A DNA stretch of 64,000 nucleotides from a virus: the IMG/VR virus record IMGVR_UViG_3300008120_010803, positions 1 through 64,000 of that record; one strand, 5' to 3'. The notes beneath the pieces are model-generated. The model ran no database searches and was not told the origin of the DNA. It worked only from the letters and a program-made list of their open reading frames with translations. Of the stretch, positions 57,484-64,000 are shown in pieces. Both the position numbers and the translations under genes were made by a program. The stretch's first letter is position 1; every line of letters starts with the position of its first letter.

Positions 57484-57786
57484 ATGAAAAAAACAGACAA
57501 GATTCAGGCCTTGCTCATCAACCATCTTTTAAAACATGGGCACATTCAGTTAAGGCTACCAGATGGAGTTCTTCTAGAGATAGGGATCACGGAAGAAAGT
57601 GAAAACGGAAAAATTCTGAAGTCAGATGATTACTGTTGGGTTATTGCTAAAAAAGAGAACAGAGCAGCTGTTATCGATAGCTACAATCTTGGTATTCGAT
57701 TTGAAGACGAAGACAAAGCGATAGTTCTAGATGAAACATTTGTTGATTCTGATGGTATATCCATAAGACAAGTGAATGTAGTCTAA
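57484..57786 (+). CDS. hypothetical protein
   Basis: AAGGA RBS; CATAAATA at 57447. Confidence 0.6.
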   Translation: MKKTDKIQALLINHLLKHGHIQLRLPDGVLLEIGITEESENGKILKSDDYCWVIAKKENRAAVIDSYNLGIRFEDEDKAIVLDETFVDSDGISIRQVNVV

Positions 57787-58112
57787 GGACTATAAAATAA
57801 ATTACCAACTATTTGTTCTATACGGTAATTACCAGATAATTCTTGGCAGAATTGAATAGTGCCAATAGCTACTTTGTTTTCTATTGGCACTTCAAAGTCT
57901 ACCCAGAAAACTAAACCATGTTTTTCTATTATGGTTTTGCTGATCATTATTTTATTTCCTTGAATTTTTTTGTCATATTCTAACATCGACCAATTATTTG
58001 CATATAATTTTACAGAGTTTATTGCAAGGCTCATAAGGGTTCTGTAATCAATAAACTTTGTCCAATTGGCTGTTAGCAAATCTGCTAATTTTTCTTTTTT
58101 TAAAATTGACAT
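57783..58112 (-). CDS. hypothetical protein
   Basis: 109-aa ORF. Confidence 0.55.
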   Translation of the reverse strand: MSILKKEKLADLLTANWTKFIDYRTLMSLAINSVKLYANNWSMLEYDKKIQGNKIMISKTIIEKHGLVFWVDFEVPIENKVAIGTIQFCQELSGNYRIEQIVGNLFYSP

Positions 58113-58123
58113 GGAGAAATCTC

Positions 58124-58414
58124 ATGGCAAGTAAGAAACCAGAGTCTGTATTCAAAACTTTTGCACATACTCTGGGTGATGGTGATCTTAATTTCCTGTG
58201 TAGCAGACTACACTATAGGTATCAAGATGATTTTGCAGAAGCTTTGAATTATCTAGATACTTTGAAGCTTGATGAAAATGAACTTAACCCTGCATCCTAC
58301 TGCTTATCAAATGCAAAAAACAATGAGGAATTTGATAAGTTGACAGATATGCTTACATACTTCTTGCTGAAAGAGTATGATAAAAGAGGATTCAGGTCCG
58401 AACAACTCGTATAA
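58124..58414 (+). CDS. hypothetical protein
   Basis: GGAG RBS before ATG 58124. Confidence 0.6.
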   Translation: MASKKPESVFKTFAHTLGDGDLNFLCSRLHYRYQDDFAEALNYLDTLKLDENELNPASYCLSNAKNNEEFDKLTDMLTYFLLKEYDKRGFRSEQLV

Positions 58415-58463
58415 TTGAGTCGTTTCCCTTGAAAGGTGGTGATTTCCAACCCTGACTCAATTT

Positions 58464-58492
58464 GCCGGATTCCTTCGGGAATCCGGCTTTTC
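58464..58492 (+). terminator. Rho-independent terminator with UUCG loop
   Basis: GCCGGATTCC-TTCG-GGAATCCGGC-TTTT. Confidence 0.9.
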
Positions 58493-58528
58493 TATTGACA
58501 TTTTGCTGATTTGTTCGATAATTAATTC

Positions 58529-60535
58529 ATGAGCCAAACAATTGAACTAATAGAAGTAAACAATCTAGTTGCAACCTCAAATCATAAGTTTGCGAAATGG
58601 CCTTTTGAAAATTTCAATATAGTTCAATCTTCAATATTTGAAACTATTGAAAAAGACTGTAATTGTTTGATTGCAGCGTCTACAAGTGCTGGTAAGACAG
58701 TAATATCAGAAATGTATGGGTCTTATGAAATAAGAAAAAATAGAAAAAAGTTTTTATTTTTGTGTCCTCTTAGAGCCTTGGCTAATGAAAAATATTATGA
58801 CTGGACGCATGCTTCACATCATTTTTCAGACTTGAAAATCGGCATATTTACAGGTGATTATAAGAAAGATAACAAATTAAACGATTTTGATAGCTTTGAT
58901 GTCATAATAATGACTTCGGAAATGTTAAACCACAAGTTAAGGACTAGTAAGAAAAATCAAGATTGGGTTAAAAACATAGGGGTATGCGTTGTAGATGAAT
59001 CTCACCTGCTAACAGTAGAGGGTCGTGGAGATCATCTAGAAGCAGCGCTAATGAATTTTTCTACAATAAACCCACAATGTCGAATGGTATTCCTGTCAGC
59101 AACTTTGCCTAATGTGCATGAAATAGCTGAATGGATGTCAGTATCCTTGAATCAAAAACCAACATACATTATCAAAAGCAAGTATAGGCCTTGCGTTTTG
59201 AATATTCACACAAAAACATACGACGATCAATCAGGTGTCAGATCATCAATTTACGAAATGATTGATGAAGCCTGTGAATTAGTACTTAGGCATTTCAGCG
59301 ACAAGTTTCTTATTTTTGTTCATGCCAAGAAAATTGGAGAGACATTCGTTGAAGAACTCAAAAGAAAAAATATCAAGGCTGAATTTCATAACGCAAATTT
59401 AGATAAAGATCAGAGAGAAAAGCTGGAAACAAAATTCAAATCAGACAAAGAATTTAGAGTTTTGGTAGCAACTAGTACATTAGCGTGGGGCGTTAATTTA
59501 CCAGCAAGAAGAGTGATTATTGCAGGAGTTACTAGAGGAAATGAAGTAGTTCCGTCATATGATGTTTTGCAAATGATTGGAAGAGCAGGCCGCCCAGCAT
59601 TTGATCCCCAAGGGGACGCATATATTTTATTCCCTGCTAATAGAAGAACAGAGCTAGAAAAGGTTGTTTTGACACCACAAAATATAGAATCTCGTATGCT
59701 TGCGATAAGTGCTTTAACGACCTATGACACATTAGCATTTCATATAGTCTATGAAATTCATGTGGAAAATGTTAAAAATATTGACGATATAAAAACATGG
59801 TTTTCCAAGACTTTAGCATCATTTCAGAATAAAAAACTAAGTGACAGCATTTTAGAGAAAACAGTATCTCGTTTGGTTATGCTTGGAATAATAGGCATAG
59901 ATGATGCAACACAAAGTTTTTTCATTAAAGGACTCGGTAAGGTCTCCGCTTTGTTTTATGCTAACCCATATGATGTTGCAAACTGGTCTTCAAACTTCAA
60001 CAAACTATTTCAAAATCAACAAATTTATGATATTGATCTGTCTTTAGCTTTGGCAAATACATCATCAAATCTAGTTGGAAATTTATCTAAAGAAGATAAA
60101 AACGAAATGGAAAAATTTCTTAGTGCGATAAGCAAGAGGTCAACAAAACAATATCCAGAGAATGTTTTGAAAATTGCCTTTCTGTATTACAAAATTATGA
60201 ACGGTAGATATGAGGCCAGACATATTTCAGTATACAAAAACTTACAAAACGATTTCCCAAGAGTATCTGAAATTCTTAAGGGGATAGATTCAATAGCAAA
60301 AGGATGGAATCAAAAACAGTTTTTTGATGTTCTGCAAAAACGCATGCAACATGGCGTTCCAGCTAAGTTAGTTGATCTGATAGAAGTTAAGGGAATTGGT
60401 AAAATCAAAGCAGAAAAACTATATGAAAAGGGTTTCAAGAATAAAAAAGATGTATTACAAAAATTAGAAGAAGCATCTAAAGTATGTGGATTGAAGCCAG
60501 ATACACTAAAAAAGTATTTAGAAGGAAGTATTTAA
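58529..60535 (+). CDS. Ski2-like/Hel308-like SF2 helicase with C-terminal HhH
   Basis: TSAGKT, PLRALANEK, DESH, LSAT, TSTLAWGVNLPAR, QMIGRAGRP, VKGIGK. Confidence 0.9.
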   Translation: MSQTIELIEVNNLVATSNHKFAKWPFENFNIVQSSIFETIEKDCNCLIAASTSAGKTVISEMYGSYEIRKNRKKFLFLCPLRALANEKYYDWTHASHHFSDLKIGIFTGDYKKDNKLNDFDSFDVIIMTSEMLNHKLRTSKKNQDWVKNIGVCVVDESHLLTVEGRGDHLEAALMNFSTINPQCRMVFLSATLPNVHEIAEWMSVSLNQKPTYIIKSKYRPCVLNIHTKTYDDQSGVRSSIYEMIDEACELVLRHFSDKFLIFVHAKKIGETFVEELKRKNIKAEFHNANLDKDQREKLETKFKSDKEFRVLVATSTLAWGVNLPARRVIIAGVTRGNEVVPSYDVLQMIGRAGRPAFDPQGDAYILFPANRRTELEKVVLTPQNIESRMLAISALTTYDTLAFHIVYEIHVENVKNIDDIKTWFSKTLASFQNKKLSDSILEKTVSRLVMLGIIGIDDATQSFFIKGLGKVSALFYANPYDVANWSSNFNKLFQNQQIYDIDLSLALANTSSNLVGNLSKEDKNEMEKFLSAISKRSTKQYPENVLKIAFLYYKIMNGRYEARHISVYKNLQNDFPRVSEILKGIDSIAKGWNQKQFFDVLQKRMQHGVPAKLVDLIEVKGIGKIKAEKLYEKGFKNKKDVLQKLEEASKVCGLKPDTLKKYLEGSI

Positions 60536-60537
60536 AA

Positions 60538-60819
60538 TTACTTTGTGACCATATCTTCAGGTCCAAAAAAATCATTTGGATATTCAATTTTCACTTTTCC
60601 ATCACCATCAGTTGGATTTCCGTTTTCATCTTCTACCCACCACCTTACTTGTTTGATTTCGATTCCAAGTTCGTCCATATGGCAACTATCTCCCGGATCA
60701 ACTGGAAGGTGGTATTCATCACCTTCGATCAATACTGCAACTTTACATGTTGAATTTGCTCTATTGTAAAGCAAACAGTTATTGCATATTTTTTTTACTT
60801 TATTTGAAATCGAATCCAT
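60538..60819 (-). CDS. Cys-containing hypothetical protein
   Basis: C.NC......C...CH pattern. Confidence 0.55.
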   Translation of the reverse strand: MDSISNKVKKICNNCLLYNRANSTCKVAVLIEGDEYHLPVDPGDSCHMDELGIEIKQVRWWVEDENGNPTDGDGKVKIEYPNDFFGPEDMVTK

Positions 60820-61090
60820 TATGTACAACCTCAAGAATTTTTGGCTCTTTGCCTATAAAGTTATTATAGGTTTCCAAAGCTTCAAATTCATGGAGGGTAA
60901 ATGTATCCCCATATTTTAAAGGTCTAGGAACATAAGGTATCCATACAGTTTGAGCTTTAAGCTGTAATAAAATGTTTTCCATGTTGCCGTCTGGAGAAGA
61001 TTGAGAAAGTATTTTAGGAAAATCTATGTTTGATACTTTGAATGTGATTGATGGGAGACCAAATGTTTGATTGCTTATTTTTATTGACAC
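60800..61090 (-). CDS. hypothetical protein
   Basis: GAGG RBS; GTG start. Confidence 0.55.
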   Translation of the reverse strand: MSIKISNQTFGLPSITFKVSNIDFPKILSQSSPDGNMENILLQLKAQTVWIPYVPRPLKYGDTFTLHEFEALETYNNFIGKEPKILEVVHNGFDFK

Positions 61091-61147
61091 GACATTCCTC
61101 TCTATGTTAAAATTTCAATATAGTTATTTTAATTAAGAGAGAAAAAA

Positions 61148-61771
61148 ATGAAATTAATTGCTGTCTACGGTCAACTGGCAAACGGAAAAGATGCTTTATG
61201 TGATGATTTGGCATTAGCCTTGAATGAAAAATCCGAAAATAAATGGGAGCGTGGAGCATTTGCTAACGCCGTAAAAGATACTTTTTGCCGTTCCTTTGAT
61301 GTAGATCGTGAATTTATTGAAAAATGGAAAAGAATCGATGAGCCACCTCCGGGGTTTTTATTACCAATTCGGAAAGGTCTTCAAAATATAGGAGATGGCT
61401 TCAGGCAAATTGTCCCAGACATTTGGATAAAAATTGCTCTTAGAGAAGCGAGAAATAAGAATACTATTATTTCTGACGGAAGATATATTAATGAGGCAAA
61501 AAGTGTAAGAGAAAATAAAGGAATAAATGTTTTAATTTACAGAGATGGATTTTTGAATAACGATCCTAACCCTTCAGAGGCACAGTTAAAACCATTGATC
61601 ATTTATGCAAAGGATCATTTAATTGACGGTGTTATCAACAAGAATAATCTCATGGATGCCCCTGCTGGACTTGAGTATTTCGATGTTTTTATACGAAATG
61701 AATCAGATAAACTGACATTTCTCAAGAAGTCTAGAAGTATTTTGGTTCCTATTGCAAACAATCTTGCTTAG
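61148..61771 (+). CDS. deoxynucleoside monophosphate kinase (T4 gp1-like)
   Basis: GQLANGKD, FA..VK, R..LQ.IG, ISDGRY.NE. Confidence 0.85.
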   Translation: MKLIAVYGQLANGKDALCDDLALALNEKSENKWERGAFANAVKDTFCRSFDVDREFIEKWKRIDEPPPGFLLPIRKGLQNIGDGFRQIVPDIWIKIALREARNKNTIISDGRYINEAKSVRENKGINVLIYRDGFLNNDPNPSEAQLKPLIIYAKDHLIDGVINKNNLMDAPAGLEYFDVFIRNESDKLTFLKKSRSILVPIANNLA

Positions 61772-62394
61772 ACCGGATTTCTTCCTTTTTTGAACAGTCT
61801 CAGTCCTCGTTCGGTGAGGACGATAAATTCCCAGTTTCTGCGTTTGCAGTATTCGTTTGCTGCTTTCCATTTAGCTTGGTTTTTTGGCAGCTTTCTTTGA
61901 TGGAATGGTTTAATTTCCCACAATTGTTTTTTCCCATCGCTGTATTCAACTAGTATGTCTGGGATATATCGATGGGATGATCCTTCAAATATGTAGTCGA
62001 TTTCAATTGGCTCTACATTATATTTTGATACATCGGTTTTATCTTCTAGTATTTTATAAAATTCTAGTTCCATGCCTGATCTGAAAAATAAATCCTTGTT
62101 GTTTTTTTTACTAAAATAATTGCCTTGTTTGTAAGCTGGTTTTTTCTTTTTTTGCTTTTTAATATCACGAAGTATAATTGGCTTAGTTGGATAGTCTTTT
62201 GGTATTTGAAGTTCTGGGTGTTTCAAAGCCAGATGAGTTTTAAGCTCTCTTAGTGGAAATTTGCAATGTGGGCAGAATATAAAATCTGTGCCTTCTTCAT
62301 GGTTTGTGATTATATGATCTCTGAATGAATCGATATCCTCAAATCCTTCGAAGCAGACAAAGCAAACATAGTCTCTTGTGTTTTTGATGCTCAT
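61768..62394 (-). CDS. TnsA-like head-completion nuclease (T4 gp4-like) with N-terminal C2H2 fingers
   Basis: FRSGME, YIPD, EIKP, NQAKWKAA, F.VLTE; CFVC..H...H and CPHC..H...H. Confidence 0.85.
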   Translation of the reverse strand: MSIKNTRDYVCFVCFEGFEDIDSFRDHIITNHEEGTDFIFCPHCKFPLRELKTHLALKHPELQIPKDYPTKPIILRDIKKQKKKKPAYKQGNYFSKKNNKDLFFRSGMELEFYKILEDKTDVSKYNVEPIEIDYIFEGSSHRYIPDILVEYSDGKKQLWEIKPFHQRKLPKNQAKWKAANEYCKRRNWEFIVLTERGLRLFKKGRNPV

Positions 62395-62831
62395 AATCTG
62401 TCAGTAAGTGATGATCCGCTGTCCTCATAAGGAATATAAGTTTTAGCATCTTTTATCTTGGCAAGCTCTTTTGCCACATCTTTTTTATCCTCTATTATTG
62501 TGATGCTTGGAATATCACCTTTTGTAAAAGGTCTTTGTTGCATATTAGAAGGGTCTTTGACAGCAGCTTCTAAATCAACTCCACCAAAGTATTCGTATTT
62601 ATCAACAGGGTCTTCTTTGCGTGGGTTTTTCATGATTGAATACGCAATTCTGTCATCTTCGTTAGAGCCATATAAATGCTGCTTGCCTGTATTTTTATCT
62701 TTGAATTTGAAGAACATGGATAGGCCTTTGCCTGCCAAAAATCCAAGAATATCGTTTTCAGTTGCTTCTTTTTGTGATATTGCATCGAAAAAAGCTTTGA
62801 ATCCTATAGTGTTGCTATTTACTGTATTCAT
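62391..62831 (-). CDS. hypothetical protein
   Basis: Likely start MNTV...GFKAFFD. Confidence 0.55.
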   Translation of the reverse strand: MNTVNSNTIGFKAFFDAISQKEATENDILGFLAGKGLSMFFKFKDKNTGKQHLYGSNEDDRIAYSIMKNPRKEDPVDKYEYFGGVDLEAAVKDPSNMQQRPFTKGDIPSITIIEDKKDVAKELAKIKDAKTYIPYEDSGSSLTDRL

Positions 62832-62847
62832 AAGCATATATATTAAC

Positions 62848-63282
62848 ATGACAGTCTTAAATTTTAAGTCTTTTCTGGAAGCTGATGAAAACGACCCCAA
62901 CAAAGACAAAGGGCCTCCTTTTCAAGCATTGACAACAGTTGTTGGTATCGATCAAAAAGATATACCTGATGCTGTTAATACTGGCAGTTATTTGCTAGGG
63001 AAAGTGATTGGTAAAAATCAGTATTCCGCTGCTGTCGCTAAAATGAACCCTAAGCTTAAAGGAAAGCGTGTAGTTGGGGCTTCTTTTGAGGTTGATCCAA
63101 ACATACTGCAAAATAAAAATACAGCAGCGTATTATAAAAATTCACAAAACCCAAATGCTTTAAAAAAGAAGACTGGATGGATTGACACCGATACAGCAGC
63201 AGACTTAATGACTCTAGGATTTCCATCCACGGGTGCAGGTGGAGCAGGTGCAATGCCGGGAATTGGAGGGGCACCAGCATGA
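62848..63282 (+). CDS. hypothetical protein with capsid-targeting-like N-terminus
   Basis: MTVLNFKSFLEADE; Gly/Ala/Pro-rich tail. Confidence 0.6.
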   Translation: MTVLNFKSFLEADENDPNKDKGPPFQALTTVVGIDQKDIPDAVNTGSYLLGKVIGKNQYSAAVAKMNPKLKGKRVVGASFEVDPNILQNKNTAAYYKNSQNPNALKKKTGWIDTDTAADLMTLGFPSTGAGGAGAMPGIGGAPA

Positions 63283-63464
63283 AATTTTCGGAATGGCTTA
63301 AATTGAAAGAAGTTGGTACGAGTACAGCTAATGTCGCTCATGTTCCTATGAAACTTTTTGGTGGCGGTCAAATTTTTAGAAGAATATTTGCAAATATCAA
63401 AAAATTTGGATTGGCTGGACCAATACATACCATGCGGTTTAGTGAAAAAAAACAAAGAGGGTAA
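63279..63464 (+). CDS. small protein with capsid-targeting-like N-terminus
   Basis: MKFSEWLKLKE; ATGA overlap; GGAGG RBS. Confidence 0.65.
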   Translation: MKFSEWLKLKEVGTSTANVAHVPMKLFGGGQIFRRIFANIKKFGLAGPIHTMRFSEKKQRG

Positions 63465-63587
63465 CTATGTTATCTTCGGCCCCTTTTAATAGTTTTTTGT
63501 AATTATTATTATTGACTTTAACTGTTCGGTTTGATAATTTTTAATATAGGAAAATCAAGGGGTCAACACATATGTGTTAAAGGTTTG

Positions 63588-63615
63588 CGGGATTTCCTTA
63601 AAATCCCGTTTTTTT
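63588..63615 (+). terminator. terminator-like hairpin upstream of thyX
   Basis: CGGGATTT...AAATCCCG followed by a T run. Confidence 0.6.
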
Positions 63616-63634
63616 ATTTCATAGGGAAAAACAA

Positions 63635-64000
63635 ATGGATGCGCTCGATCTTCTGAAAACTAGAAGAATTGATTGTTTAGATAAGGGTTTTGTTGAGATT
63701 GTTGATGTTATGCCGAGGATTATTCCAGACGGGCAAACATGTGATTATGCAATAGCGCAGATGGCAAGAGTTTCTTATGGTGATGGTACAAAGAGTATTA
63801 ACGAGGACAGGGGATTAATACGATTCTTATTGAGACATGCTCATACAAGCCCGTTTGAAGGCATAGAATTTAAACTACACATGAAGATGCCTATATTCAT
63901 TGCTAGACAAGCAATTAGGCATAGAACAGTATCTTTGAATGAAATAAGTGGTCGTTACTCTGTCATGAAGGATGAATTCTATTTTCCCAAGGCAGAGGAA
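63635..64000 (+). CDS. thyX: flavin-dependent thymidylate synthase (truncated by window edge; not in ORF track)
   Basis: ARVSY, HTSPFE, ARQAIRHRTVSLNEISGRY. Confidence 0.95.
   Translation, partial: MDALDLLKTRRIDCLDKGFVEIVDVMPRIIPDGQTCDYAIAQMARVSYGDGTKSINEDRGLIRFLLRHAHTSPFEGIEFKLHMKMPIFIARQAIRHRTVSLNEISGRYSVMKDEFYFPKAEE

Noticed and set aside
58413-58462. Hammerhead ribozyme
   Set aside because: Three-way shape, but no CUGANGA core on either strand.
62458-62909. Long head-to-head overlap of ORFs 62458+ and 62909-
   Set aside because: More plausible starts at 62848(+) and 62831(-) remove the overlap.
761-63455. Many short ORFs antisense to or nested in confident genes (e.g. 9120-, 17163-, 48737-, 53148-, 54765-)
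   Set aside because: Shadow ORFs with no RBS or recognisable motifs.
1-64000. Stop-codon reassignment, inteins, introns, CRISPR arrays, tRNAs, transposases
   Set aside because: Conserved genes are intact under code 11, use all three stop codons and have normal lengths. No such signatures were seen by eye.

Overview
A 64-kb, AT-rich, densely coding segment of a large T4-like myovirus (jumbo-phage type), read with the standard code. It contains a sugar-modification cluster (about 0.3-7.8 kb) and T4-like neck and tail genes (gp13/14/15/18/19/26-like, gp4-like). It also has a gp55-like late sigma factor, a MoxR AAA+/vWA pair, nucleotide metabolism genes (pyrG, class Id-like nrdAB, dCMP deaminase, dNMP kinase, thyX) and a T4-type replication/recombination set (gp46/47, Dda, UvsW, gp59-like, gp41/DnaB, UvsY, gp32, UvsX, resolvase, plus a Hel308/Ski2-like helicase). 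The strongest candidate for an undescribed system is at about 46.0-48.4 kb. There, a promoter-preceded, roughly 380-nt multi-helix non-coding element and a T-skewed tract lie directly upstream of a family A DNA polymerase that lacks the thumb and proofreading residues. That gene is coupled to a sigma-region-2-only protein and the replicative helicase, and is back-to-back with a gp59-like loader. Other signals: a candidate -1 frameshift in the gp26-like gene, about 10 proteins with T4-style capsid-targeting N-termini, near-leaderless bidirectional late promoters, sigma70-type promoters with a 16-bp spacer, and a gene-32-like autoregulatory leader. No tRNA, rRNA, CRISPR array, intron or intein was seen. 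All family calls come from motif recognition by eye, not database searches.
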